Assembly: GCF_020745735.1 (NCBI RefSeq)
Contig: NC_083409.1
Coordinates: 15,781,873 to 15,845,872 of the forward strand
Direction: 5' to 3'
Origin: Hemiscyllium ocellatum
Lineage: Eukaryota
Length of the DNA stretch: 64,000 bases
Below, piece by piece: positions 10,720 through 23,759 of this stretch. Made by a program: the position numbers and the translations under genes. The notes below the pieces were generated by a model. That model ran no database searches. It was not told where the DNA came from and saw only the letters and a list, made by a program, of their open reading frames with translations. Positions within the stretch are counted from its first letter, which is position 1; every line of letters starts with the position of its first letter.

Positions 10720-12320
10720 AGAGAGTCTGCTCTGCCATTTGACCTTGTGTGATGTGTTTCTCAACCCCATTCTCCTTTTAACATTTGATCTCCTTACTGA
10801 CCAAGAACCTATCTGTCTCTGTTTTAAATATTCTCAACATCTTGGCATCCATAGACCTCTGTGACAATGAGTTCCACAGATTCACCACCCTGTGGCTGAA
10901 GAAATGCCTCCTTATCTCAGTTCTGACGGATCATTCTTCACTCTGAGGCTTTGCCTTCGGGCCCGAGATTCTTCTATTCGTGGAAACACCTTCTCCATGT
11001 TCTCCAGGCCTCTCAATATTCTGTAGTTTCAATAAGATTCCCCCATCATCTTTCTAAACTCAATTGCATACAGATCCAGAATCCTCAACCGCTCTTTATA
11101 TGACACCCCCTTCATTCCCAGGATCATTCTTATTCTTTCTCACTTTTTCCTCTGGACCCTCTCCAATGACAGCACATCCTTCCTTAATAAGGAGACCAAA
11201 ATTCCAAATGTGGTCTGATTACAGACTTATACAAACTCAGCAGTACACCTCTGACGTTAAAGTTAATGCTAACACTGTAACTGCCTTTCAAACAGCCAAT
11301 GGTGAACCTGCACGTTAACCTTCAGAGAAACCTGAGCAAGGACTCCCAATTCTCTTCGTGCTTCAGATTTCTGAAATCTTTCCTCACTCAGAAAACAGTC
11401 TGTGTCTCTATTCTTCCCACCAAAGTATCTAGCCTCACAAGTCCCCGCATTGTACTCCACCTGCCACTTCTTTGCACATTCTCTCAGCCTGACCAAGTCC
11501 TTCTGCAATCTCCCCCACTTCCTCAACTCCACTTGTCCTTTCACCAATTTTTGTGTCATCTATAAACATATGAACAATATCTTCAGTTCCTTATCCAGAT
11601 TGTTAATGGATAATATGAATAGTTGTGGTCCCAACACAGATCCCTGCAGATCGCCACAAAGCACCACCAGCCATCCAGAAAAAAATCCCTTTGTCCCTAC
11701 TCTCGCCTTTGTGCCGGCCAGCCAATCCTCTACACTTCGCAGTGCCTTGCTCCTGACAGCATGGGCTCTGATTTGACTTAGCAGTCTCCTTTATTGTACC
11801 CTGTCAAAGGCCTGGTGGAAATCCAAATGGATCACATCCACTGGCTCTCCTTTGTCTAACTCACTTGTTACCTCCTCAAAGATTTCTAACAGATTTATCA
11901 GGCATGCCTCCCTTTGATGAAGCTGTGCTGACTCAGCCCAATTTTACCAGGCTGCAATTTTACCAGACTTAAGGGTGAGATTCCAAATACCTGCAATCTC
12001 ACCCTTAGGTAGACCTCTAAAATCTTACCAATGACCGAGGTCAGGCTAACCAGCTTATAATGTCCCATCTCTGCCTCCCTCCTTTCTTAAACAGGGATGT
12101 TACATTCACTATTTTCCAGTCTTCTGGGACCACTCCTGACTCCAGTGATTTCTGAAAGATCACAGCCAATGGCCCTACAATTACCTTAGCTATCTCCATC
12201 AGAACTCTGGAGTGTAGTCCATCGGGTCTGAATGATTTATCCACCTTCAGACCTTTCAGCTGCCTCAACCCCTCCACCTTAGTGATGCCCTTTCCACTCA
12301 CTTCTGCTCCCAACTCTCTT
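10720..12320 (-). mobile_element. CR1 LINE ORF2 (RT) fragments
   Basis: Minus ORFs 11269-11559 and 12041-12313 (KSFRPDGLHSRVL...VPEDWKIVNVTSLFKKG). Confidence 0.8.
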
Positions 12321-14045
12321 GAAGGTCAGGTGTACTGGCTGATATTCAAGCATCATGGTTAGCCACAGGTGAGGTGCCAGAAGACTGGAGGATAGCGAAG
12401 ACTGTGCCATTGTTCAAAAAGGGCTGAAAAACAAAAGCCTGGGAATTATAAGCTTAACATTTGTGGTGGGTAGGTTGTTTGATAAGATAAGATACACATG
12501 CATTTGGAAAGAGTGGATTTGATTAGGAGTTGTCAGCATGACTTTGTGAGTGGGAGAATATGCCTCACAAATCTGTTAAGTTACTTTGATGAATTGACCA
12601 GGAAGGTTATGAGGGCAGGATGGTAGACGTGGTCTATATGGGTTTCAGTGAGGCCTTTGATAAGGTTCCACATGGCAGGCTGTTATGGAAGGTTAGATTG
12701 CATGGAATCCAAGGTGACCTGGCAAATTGAATACACGATTGGCTTGATGGTAGAAAGCACAGGGTAATAGGGGAAGTATCCTTATTGTACTGGAGGCCTG
12801 TGACTAGTGGAGTGCCTCAGTGGTCAGTGCTGAGCCCATTGCTGTTTGTTATCTATAACAATGTTTTGGATGAGAATGTACAAGGCATGGTTAGTGAGTT
12901 TGCTGATGACACTCAAATAATTTATGGGCGGCACGGTGGCACAGTGGTTAGCACTGCTGCCTCACAGCGCCTGTAGACCCGGGTTCAATTCCCGACTCAG
13001 GCGACTGACTGTGTGGAGTTTGCACGTTCTCCCCGTGTCTGCGTGGGTTTCCACCGGGTGCTCCGGTTTCCTCCCACAATCCAAAGATGTGCGGGTCAGG
13101 TGAATTGGCCAAGCTAAATTGCCCGTAGTGTTAGGTAAGGGGTAAATGTAGGGGTATGGGTGGGTTGCGCTTCGGCGGGTCGGTGTGGACTTGTTGGGCC
13201 GAAGGGCCTGTTTCCACACTGTAAGTCTAATCTAAGCAGCATCGTGGACAGTGCGGACAGTTATCAGAAATTGCAGCAGGACCTTGCTCAGCTGGGGAAG
13301 TGGGCCGAGAAATGACAAATAGAGTTTAATACAGATAAATGTGAGGTCTTGTATTTTGGAAATTTAAAGCAAGGTAGGAGTTTCATGGTGAATGATAGGA
13401 CCTTAAGGAATATAGTGGAACAGAGGGTCCTTAGAATTCAGATAAGCAGTTCTCTGAAAATGGAGTCACAGTAAATAGAGCAGAGAAGAGAGCTTCATCA
13501 GTCAGGGCATTGACTACAGATGTTGGGAAGTTATGTTGCAGTTATACAGGACACTGGTGAAGCCACACTTGGAATATTGTGTTCAGTTTTGGTCACCTTG
13601 TTCCAGGAAGGATGTTATTAAACTGGAAAGAGTGCAGAAGAAATTTGCCAGGATTCAATCGTTTGGGTTAAAGGGAGAGTACTTTTTTCTTTAGAGTGTA
13701 GGAGACTGAGGGAGGACCTCATAAGATTATGAGAGGCATGGATAGGGTGAATTCACTCGTTCTTTTCCCCAAGGTTTGTGAATATGAGCTAGAGCGCATC
13801 AGTTTAAGGTTAGAGGGGAAAGAAAAAAAGGGAACCTGAGGGGCAACCTTTTTACACATAGGATTGTTCGCATATGGAATGAGCTGCCAGTGGAAGTGGT
13901 TGAGGTGGGTACATTAATAACATTTAAAAGGCATTTGGACAAATACAGCAAAGGAAAGGATTCAGAAGGATATGGGCCAAGTGTAGGATTAGCGTAAATG
14001 GACCAGTTTGGTCCAAATGGCCTGTCTCCATGCTGTAGGACTCTG
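12320..14045 (+). mobile_element. CR1 LINE RT-to-3' end, interrupted by a SINE
   Basis: WRPVTSGVPQWSVLSPLLFVIYNN...SEFADDT RT motif at 12785-12920; the element resumes after 13235. Confidence 0.85.
12926..13235 (+). mobile_element. Young HE1/V-SINE inserted in CR1
   Basis: tRNA-like head (GGCACAGTGGTTAGCAC, GGTTCAATTCCC), central V-domain-like block, TCTAATCTAA tail. Confidence 0.9.
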
Positions 14046-14051
14046 TGACAT

Positions 14052-14666
14052 TGTTATGGACCAGGCCAGACCCTTCAAAACATTTTAAGAATGCAGCCCA
14101 GACCTTACCTTTTCGAATTGTGTTCAGCAAATGTAACCTGGATATTCCAGGAATGATACAACTGGCCAAACCACTCAGCTTGAAGGAAAAGAGTATTTAT
14201 TTACAATCAAAAGAAAACAGAATTTAGAATAACTTAACTATTTGAAAACCCAACTATTTGAAAAAATGTAACTTGACAAAGAGTTGTTCCAATTTGCTGT
14301 AATAGCCTTGGCAAAAAGGTAAATATAAACACAGGGGTTCTTACAGGAGAGGAATTTCAGAAAGTGAGTCCACTGGAAAATGTTGAATTGGGGAACCTTT
14401 CTCACCAGCAGCTTTCTTTATCCAGGAGCTTCCAACCGACTGTTTGTCAAAAACAGCAAACTGGAAGAACTGGCCATTCTCCTTTTATTGGACAAGTGTT
14501 TAATATAAAACCTAAAAGCCTTTTCCCTGACTGTTGCCTTAGGCAGTATCTGTTAGCCATGAGCAAAGTCCCTAACCCAGACAAATTGGAACCTCTGCCT
14601 TTACAACCCCTCTTGAAAAAAAATCCAAGGACAACTCAAACTTGTGAAATGAGCAGCATTGCCACA
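14052..14666. mobile_element. Possible solo LTR
   Basis: About 615-bp non-coding insert starting TGTTATGG and ending CCACA between two CR1 pieces; no convincing TSD seen. Confidence 0.3.
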
Positions 14667-14669
14667 CTA

Positions 14670-15900
14670 CTGTGAAAGCTGATTTAAGGCACCGATGCAG
14701 TTTTTCCACCATTTCTTTGTTCCCCATTACTACTTCTGCCTTTTCCAGTGGTACAATTTCTATTATTGACTCCCTCTTGCCTTTCATATATCTAAAGAAA
14801 ACCTCTTGCAATATTCTTTTATGTTACTAACTCGCTGACCATTATATTTTATTTACACACCCACCCTTACTTTTTTTTAGTTACTCTCTGCTGTTTATTA
14901 AAGGCTTCCCAATCCTCCGGCTTCCCAATAATCTTCACCACATTGCCTGTTTTTTCTTTTGCTTTTATGCTGACCCTGACTTCCCTCATCAGCCATGGTT
15001 GCCTTGGCCTCCACTCAGTACCTTTCTTCTTCCTTGGGTTAACTTCCTGCTCTGCCTCCCAAATTACCCCCAGAAACTCCTGCCATTGCTGCTCCATTCT
15101 CTCTTATGCTCAGCTTCCTTTCTTACCAACTCTGGCCAGCTCCTCCCTCATGTCTTTGTAGTTACCTTAAGTTAATTGCATTACCGGTACAACTGACTCC
15201 AGATTCCCTGTCACAAACTGCAGGGTGAATTCTGTCATATTACGGTCAATACCCCCAAGGGATTCCTTCACCCTAAGTTCCCTAATCAGGTCTGCTTCAG
15301 TACACATCACCCAATCCAGAATTGCCTGTTCCATAGTGATCTCTACCACAAGCTGCTCTAAAAACCATGTTGTAAACATTCCATTAATTCCTACCCATGA
15401 GATCCCCAAACAATTTAATTTTCCAGTCTCCCTGCATATTGAAGTCCCTCATGACTATTGTAGCAGGGCCTTCTCTATCTCCTGATTTATTTTCTTCCTC
15501 ATATCCTGACTGCTGCTGGGGGGTCCTGTGCTAAGTTCTCATCATGCTCTTTCTCCCTTGCAACTCCTCAACTCTACCCACACAGATTAAATGCATTCCA
15601 ACTCTAAATCCCTTCTTGTGATTGATCTCATTTCATTTCTTACCAAGAAGGTAACCCCACCCCCATCTGCCCATCAGCATGTCCTGTCAATCGGATGTGC
15701 ATCCTTGAGTATTTCATTCCCAGCCCTCAACCCCTTACAGCCAGGTCTCTGTGATACTCAAAACATCGTACCTGCCAATTCCAATCTGTGTTACAAGCTC
15801 ATTTACCTCATTTCGGATACGCCCTGCATTCAGGTACAACACCCTCAGTCCTGCACTGACTGTCCTCCTTTTCATAGTTGTCCCCTTATGCACTGTGCCT
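14670..15900 (-). mobile_element. CR1 LINE ORF2 endonuclease/linker region
   Basis: Minus ORFs 15735-15926 (LRVLYLNAGRIRNEVNEL), 15167-15409 (QAILDWVMC...DRNMTEF), 14867-15097. Confidence 0.85.
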
Positions 15901-17465
15901 AAAATTAATTTTCTGACCCTTTCCATAATCTATGTCCTATTAATTGTTTTGGGAACTTTACTAACCTCTCCTGAACCCTGCGTCACTTTAATGATTTTAA
16001 AGTCCTTGGGAACCTCAATTTGTGGCATCACTCTGTCTACCTTATTCCGAATGCGCTATCATAAAAAGATTTTAGGTTATTTCTACTGTCTGTATTGCCT
16101 TGTTACAATATGACATTCACAAATTCTGATCCTTCCTTTTATTTTCTGGTAACAATCAAACCCATCACTAACCACGACTCCCACCTTCGCCTGTGCCTTT
16201 CATTTTCTCACGTTTTGTGCAACTGAACCCATTTGCTTTCTCTTTGGGTTGACTTCAGGTCAATATTTATCCCTGAAATATCACTGAACATGCTTCATAA
16301 TCTCATTTATTTTTGTGCGATATTGCTGTGTGCAAATTGTGTTTTCTGCATTACAACACTAACCAGTGTCCAGACAAGTCCCTGACTCTCTGTAAATGCT
16401 TTGGGAGAGCCTGACATACAAGTCTCTCTTTTGATGCACTGGGAACCTTTCAGATATCAGAGATGCCATTCCGTGGCTCTCCTAGACAGACAGCAGGACG
16501 GTGTCTCCTGGTGTCCTGGTCAATATTGATTCCCTAATTAGCATCACTAAAAATCTGATCCTCGCCTCATTGTCACCCAGCTCTCTGGGATCTTGCTGAG
16601 CACAGTCTGATGGAAAGAGCCACTGCAACATCCTTAGGTGGAGGCAGGTGCAACATAAATGCAAGTCTTTCTTTGAGGTTGGAGTCTCCAGAACATGACC
16701 CTTGCCCGTTGGATGCACGCTTCCATCTTCCAGGGAACATGGGATCATTAAGAGCAGTGTCACTGTCTGATCCCAGGACACTGAGACTCTTTGCACCCTC
16801 ACATTTGACCTTACCCCAGTGCTGAGCTGGAAGACTTGAAACAAAATCTGGAACCTTCTACATGGACACCCAACGTGACTCCTTCCTGAAGTGTGCTGAT
16901 CCAACTCTGCTCCAATGTTGTTGGATAAAGTTCTCCCGAGCTGTGAGTGATCGGAGGTTTGTTAAAGAGGTGTCGAACTCCACCCCACATACCAGCTCTT
17001 GCTCCATAGCTCTGGAGGCTTTGGTGTTTCAAGTGAATATCCAGGTGTTTTTTTCAATGTGATGAGGGTTTCTGCCGCTCTCACCCTTTCAGCTAGTGAG
17101 GTCCTGACCCCACCAGCCACTGGGTGAAACAATTACTCCTCAACTCCCCTCGAACCCTGCCCCCAATTCATTTCCATCTCTCTCCATGGTTATTGCCCTC
17201 TGTGCTGATGGAAATCAGTTCTTCCTACCCACTCTATCCAGACCCCTCATCATTTTACACACCATCGATCAACTCTCCCCTCAGCCTCCTGTGTTCCAAA
17301 GAAACCAGTCCCAGCCAAACCAATCATTCCTCAAAGCTAATACTCCTCATTCCTGACAAAATCCTCCACTGTCCCCATCTCTCGGGGGATCACATCCTTC
17401 CTGCAATATGGTGACCAGAACTGCACACAGTTCTCTCATTGTGCTCTAACGGGGCTTCATTTGAG

Positions 17466-17645
17466 GTCAGAAGTCACACGACACCAAGTTATAGTCCAAC
17501 AGACTAATTTCAAATCACAAGCTTTCAGAGCTCTGTTCCTTCAGCACTGAAGTCACTTCACCTGAAGATGGAGCAGCGTCTCACAAGCTCGTGATTTTAA
17601 ATAAACCTGTTGGACTGGAACCTGGTGTCATGTGACTCCTGAACA
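17466..17645. mobile_element. Palindromic Penelope-type terminal fragment
   Basis: Left arm gtcagaagtcacacgacacc...tcacaagctt is the imperfect reverse complement of right arm aagctcgtga...ggtgtcatgtgactcctga. Confidence 0.55.
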
Positions 17646-18265
17646 TGTCCACCCCAGTTGGACACCAGAGCCTCCACATCATATCGATAGTTTCACATCT
17701 TTGCCGAGACTCTCTCTTTGGGAGTGTCACTCTTACTCTTTTGGGAAAAGATTCTGAATGATCTCTGTGCCTGTCTCATCCTTGGAGACCTCCCACTGCC
17801 CTGTCACTGATCTCCCATCAAGGCGATGGTTCCAGTGCTCTTTTATCAAATTACCACACAGTTTGGTAAAATGGATTGTTCCCAAATCAAAACTTTTACA
17901 CTTGCTCCACGGTTCTCCATTTCCATCCCTATTCTCAATCTCACTGAGTTCCGATCACTGTCACTAAAATGCTCCCACATTGATAGCCCTTCCAGCTGCC
18001 CACATTCATTCCTCAAATGGTGGTCACGGACTGTCCCTTATCTTTCTGCTGCGTCACCATCACCTTCTCAGAGACAGTTAGGGATGGGCAGCGACTGGCT
18101 CTGCCAGTGCCATACACGTCCTAAAAAGCAATGTTTAAAATGCCAGTGCTTTGTCAGGTCTGCTAGGTACTGGGTACAAATGTTCAAACGTTTTAGCAGT
18201 TAATGTTCAGAGAGTCTATGTACCTTCAAAAGGCAGGGATTAAAATTGTTTCTCTTGTCTTTCAG

Positions 18266-18594
18266 TCCGTGACAACTCTCAGCCCAAGCTGACCCTGCTG
18301 CCCCCCTCCCCGGAGCAGGTCAATGCCAAGGGCACTGCCACCCTGGTATGCCTTGCCAATCACTTCTATCCCGATGAGCTGGAGGTGCAGTGGAAGAAGG
18401 ACGGTGCAGTCATTTCGGACGGGGTTCAGACCAGCAACTACCTGCGAGCTTCGGACAGCACCTACAGTGTCAGCAGCCTGCTGACCCTCTCTGGGTCTGA
18501 CTGGGAGTCCAACGCTCACTTCTCCTGTGCCCTCACCCATGTGACACTCCCCTCTCCCCTCAGCAAGAGCATCAGGAGATCAGAATGTGTGTAG
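18266..18594 (+). CDS. IGKC: Ig kappa-type light chain constant exon (intact)
   Basis: Polypyrimidine + TTTCAG acceptor (18264-18265), phase-1 compatible with J; RDNSQPKLTLLPPSPEQ...TLVCLANHFYP...VQWKKDG...YSVSSLLTL...FSCALTH...IRRSECV*. Confidence 0.98.
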
Positions 18595-19085
18595 AGTGTT
18601 TGAGACAGTCCACAGAGGAGACACAACTTTAAATAGAACAGTGCTGAGCTGGCAGGTCAAAGGTCATTTTCAGCACTGAATTTCAACTCTCTTCCTTCTC
18701 AGGACTGGCTTGGAGATACTTCTGAGCTTCAGGGGTTAAGGCTGGTTGTTGGGATAGTGTAGAGAAAACTTTACTCTTTATCTAGTCCCATGCATTCCCT
18801 GACCTGGATGTGTTTGATGGGGACAGTGCTAAAGACTGTCAGCTGTGCAAAAACAATGTGAACCTCAAAAGTCTCTGTTTCAGTAAAACAGACCTCCTTT
18901 CTGCTCAGCCGCCAGTTCCAATTTAAGGTTTTGTCACTGTTTAAAGGGACAGGATTCTCATGTTATTGAGAAATTCTCCACAAGTGTTTTCCTCAAGCTC
19001 CATTGTGGCTGTGAATTTGAGCAGCTTCCTCTGTCTGGGCTGTTAATTGCTGACTGTTTTCTGTCAATGTCAATCTGGAAAAGGG

Positions 19086-19091
19086 AATAAA
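19086..19091 (+). terminator. PolyA signal of the light-chain transcript
   Basis: AATAAA about 490 nt after the stop, followed by a GU/U-rich tract (19108-19130); conserved in the paralog at 40590. Confidence 0.75.
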
Positions 19092-19199
19092 GATGAAGAA
19101 GATTCAGTCTCTGTCTCTGTGTGTGCTTTGGGAATGGCCCGAGCTGAAGCCTCAGGGATAGGTGTATGAAGTGAAAAGCTCCACCCCACCCCCAGGTAT

Positions 19200-22100
19200 G
19201 GAGCAGGAAGGGGAGAATAGAGGGGGCAATGGGGAACACAATAATCTGATGGGAATTCCCCTGAACACCAACACATCCTTTCAGCACAGCAAGATCCCGA
19301 GCCAAGCAGTTCAGTTCGCATTTTATTGATCAATTTGACCAGCAGGATCTTACTACCCAGAATAACAATCCCACAGGGTTTGCAAAGTTAATATTCCATA
19401 CAGCATTTGATTTGTATTTGGAGAGAATGTGCAAAATCCACATAGATATTTTCCTGAGGCAGGGATCGAACCCAGGTCCCTGGCACTATGAAGAAGCAGT
19501 GCTAACCACTGAGCCACCTTGTCACCCACTATACTAACTTGATCCATCCCTGGTACAAAATATTCTGATGGCAATTCCCCCTCCACACCAACCCATCCAT
19601 CAGGGACAGCAAGATCCTGAGCCAAGCAATTCAGATCAGGGTCACTGGGGTCACTCTATTGATCAATATGATCAGCAGAATCTTGGAACTCAAAATAACA
19701 ATTCCACAGGGTTTGGGTAATAAATATTCCATAAATTAGACCTGGGTTTTCTTTACTTTTCAAATGAGATGGAATTGCCCCGTGTGTCCCTGGGGTCAGA
19801 TTGAGAATGTTCAGTCTGGGAGTCATGGCTGGGGGGGGTATAGTCAATGATAAACTGGTTCCACTTTCTGCTGTCATATTCTGTAGCCCCTGGACCATCT
19901 CAGTGACAACCATCCAGGGCTCAGGGTGGATTCCAGAGCAGCTCATTGTCCTGACTGTTGTGTTCCTCAGTCCACACGTGGCTCCAGCAATCTCACTCCA
20001 TGGTTCTTGTATCAGTGGGAACCATGGGGCTGAAATCTTATCCAAACAGAATCTCACACAGCAAGGAGGCTGCTGGTGGATCAGAAACGCCTTGGATTCA
20101 GTCCCAGATTCCACTGTGGCTCTTTCATCAAACACAGCATTAGCACACTGACACCACATTCAGAGGGCAATCCTGAGATGGGGCAAGTTTGGTTCTTGAT
20201 TCCAATGTGAGGAAATGGGGGCTGGGTGTGAAATGTCTAGTCTGAAACTGGTGGGGGTACTTTATAATGAAGAATAGAAACTGATTTCAGGATAAAGTCA
20301 GGTGTTGATGGGAGTGAGGAATATCTCAGTGATCTGTCTCCAGAATCCACAGCCTACACACATCCTTCTGTCAGACCCTGAAGTCTGAGAAAGTAGCTCA
20401 TCGACATCCAATATTTTTCCAACCTTCCCAGAAAAGGTGAAATATTCTCTGTCTGAGTGATTCCCTGGGCAGGGCATTTTAAAAAGGGCTGTGGGAAAGG
20501 AACCGTTGGCTCTCAATGACAAAGTCAATGGAAGGATGTGGAGCTGACACTGTGAAACGTAAGGGCGCAGAGGATGACAGCAGAAGCAATTCAATGTTGT
20601 CACTCTCTCCTTTGGTAATAATTAGTTTTCCCTCATAATGTGCTCTCTTGTATTCGATCCACCTGTCTTTATTGCTTTGCTTCTTTTGACTTGAGTCTGT
20701 GGGTAGTTCCATCAAAACCCAATCTCCTCACACTCATCCTGGCCCCTGAAGAGATTGGTTAGAGAAGACTGAATTACAGCAAGTGACACAGATATTTCTT
20801 ATCTTACCACATTGAATCAAACCATTGAGCCCATTAATCTTCAAAACAGATTCCAGCATTAAAGTCACATTTGTTGGTTATAAAAGTAACGTATTTCTCA
20901 GGCTGAAAGAAGGAAGCTTCAGACTGAGAAATGATCTAACTTAACCCAGATCCTGAGCATTGGCAAGTGGAACTAGATTGCGTTGGGATATCTGGTCAGC
21001 GTGGACAAGTTGAACCGAAGGTTCTGTCTCTGTGCTGTCTCTATGACTCTAATAGCACGACAGAACAAAGTGATATCAATTAGCACCAGTATAAATACAG
21101 GGCAGCCTATATCCTGCAGTTGGCACTCAGTGCAGCTGGCACAGAGGGGGATGCTGGGAGGTTTGGTCAATGTGGGAGTTCGGTGAACTGGGGGAAGGAG
21201 GTCTACCTTTGCTTTTCCAAACTGGTTTGGAACTGTCACTTCAGCTGATGGGAGCCTGCACATGCACTTGGTTTGAAAATAGCAAAATAATAAACAAGGG
21301 GACAGGAGTCTGTTGACCAGATCAGCTGGGAAGAGCTTTGTGTAAGGAACCATATCAATAGTATGCTTAGGAAACCTCAAATAGGGAAATCCTAGAAATG
21401 AAAAGTACTGAAACATTGATCCAGAGACTGAGGACAATTACTAGTTTCATGAAAGAATTGATTTCTTTCATTTGTAAGTGGGATCAGCATTTGTTCATTA
21501 AACTGAAATGATTCAGGGTAAATACATCTGTAGTGACTGTATAAATCTACAGCAACTCCCACTCAGGGGGTTTGGATTGGAAGCTGAGTTGTAAGAATCC
21601 TGATACATCAGGGAGGGGCAGCGATACCTGGAGACTTTGTTCCAGATGGAAGGTGTAAGCCTCAGGACTGGGCAGTCCGATTCCATGTTAGTAAGGGGCA
21701 GGAGGGTATGACCCAAGAGGGGGTCAGGTAAGGGTTTGGAGAATACAGTGGGACAGGAAAAACCCCCACTCTTCGAAACTCCAGTGAGATCAAGGCCAGC
21801 CTTTCCGATCCTTCCTCACCACACAGCCCCCTCATACCAGGGATCAGTCGGGTAAAACTCCTCTGAAACACTTCCAATGGATTTATATTCTTTCTGCAAT
21901 TAGGAGACCAAAAGTTCATACAAACCTTGAGATGTCCAGGAAGAACTGAAACATCACATTCTCACTTTCAGATCCCTAATCACACCTGCTCTTACTGTTC
22001 ACCAGCCTTGTTACTGTCCATCTCTCATTGTCATGTACACAGTGGCGCTGAGCTGCTTTCTCGAACTGTTACAGTCTGTGTGCTGTAGGTAGACCCACAA

Positions 22101-23000
22101 TGTGCGGAGGAAGGGAATTCCATGAGTCTGACCCAATAACAATGTAGGAACAGTGATATACTTCCTGATGAAGGGCTTATGCTCGAAACGAATTCTCTAT
22201 TCCTGAGATGCTGCCTAACCTGCTGTGCTTTGACCAGCAACACATTTGCAGCTATATTTCAATGAGGGGAACTTGCAAAGAGCGGTGTCCCTGTGTATCT
22301 GCTACCATGTCCTTCTTGATGGACGTGGTCATGGGTTTGGAAGGTGCTCTCTCAGGATCTTTGCTGAACCTCTGCAATGTATCTTGTAGATAGTGCTCAC
22401 AGCTGTTACTGAGGGTCAGTGTGGAGGCAATGGATATATGTCGATGTGGTGCCAATCAAGCCGGCTGAAATTTGATAAACAAGATTTAAATAAAATAAAA
22501 TAACATAAAACAGGTTAAAATGAAATAAAATCATCAAAAACTGTGGCTTCTTTTTGATAAAACATCACTGAATCCAAAACATTATTCCCTCCTCTCTCTA
22601 ATGTGGCTGCACCTGTTCCCTTTCTCCAGCATCTTGTTTTATTTGAGATTTGCTGTATTTTACTCTTGTATCTGTTTTAATGCCATTGGTTATAAGAGAA
22701 GCATTGGTCAGCACACTGGGGAGATTTTCCCTGAGATGGTCACAAAGCCCTTATATTCACATCGACCTGAGAGGGCAGTGGTTTAACCGATCATCCAGCA
22801 GATGGCGTCTTTGCCTTTGCCAGCCTCAGGATAGTGCTCCAGTGTCTGGAGTGGGGCTTGAAACCTGCAGGTTCAGGTGACGGTGTTACCACTGAGGCCG
22901 TCTATTCTTTCCTGGGATGTGGGTGTCACTGACAAGACCAGCATTTGTTCTCCATCCCTAACTGCCCTGAAACTGAGTGGCTTGCTCGGCCTTTCAAACG
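19200..23000 (+). repeat. Segmental duplication arm, inverted copy at about 33430-36150
   Basis: Matching spurious ORFs on opposite strands (22650-22880+ vs 33553-33783-; 19656-20159- vs 35503-35790+; 20298-20603- vs 34944-35375+). Confidence 0.9.
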
Positions 23001-23759
23001 GCAGGTAAGGGTCAGCCACATTGCTGGAGTCCTGGCAGAGTCAGATGTCTACAACAGGTCTACAAGAACAAGGCCCTTCGGCCCAATGAGCCAAAGCCAG
23101 TCAAAACAACCATCTCACTATTCTAATTCCATGTTCCAGCAGTTGGCCCGTAGCCCTGTATAACTTGGCATCACAGCTGCACATCAAAGTACATCAATGT
23201 TATGGGAGAGCTTCTGCCTCAACTACCCTTACAGAAAGCAAGTTATAAATTACCACCACCTTCTGCATGAAAGCGTGTTTCCTCACATTCCCTCTTAATC
23301 TTCTGCCATTTCCATTAAATCTATGCCCGCGGTCATTGATCATGAAATAACTCCACATCATCAAGTCACCCTTTATTTACACATCAACCATCCTTGACTG
23401 TATTGTCTCATATAAAGTTAGGCACCAGAGGCACAGGGTCCCTAACACCCAACCTGTTTGATGTCAGGAAGTCATCTCCCTGTTTTATTCTTGTAAAGAT
23501 TTGAGCTTTTCTTGTGAAACTCCTTTGGGATTTTTTAATGGCACAGAGTCTCCCACACACTCCCATCTCTCTTGATGCTCACCCTTGTCTGGTTAATTCT
23601 TCCCATTTCCTTCTCTTCTTTCAGTTCATTCCATTTCAGTAAAGTCTGTGATATTTCCACGGAGAATGTGTACTTGAAACCGCCATAGAGAAGCTCCTAT
23701 GAAGAAGCACTACAATAGAAGGAAGGCTGATATTTGCAGGAAGCCTGGACTGTGCCCTT

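Noticed and set aside
12926-13000. tRNA-like A/B boxes
   Set aside because: SINE head that continues into SINE body and tail; not a tRNA gene. Same for the other copies.
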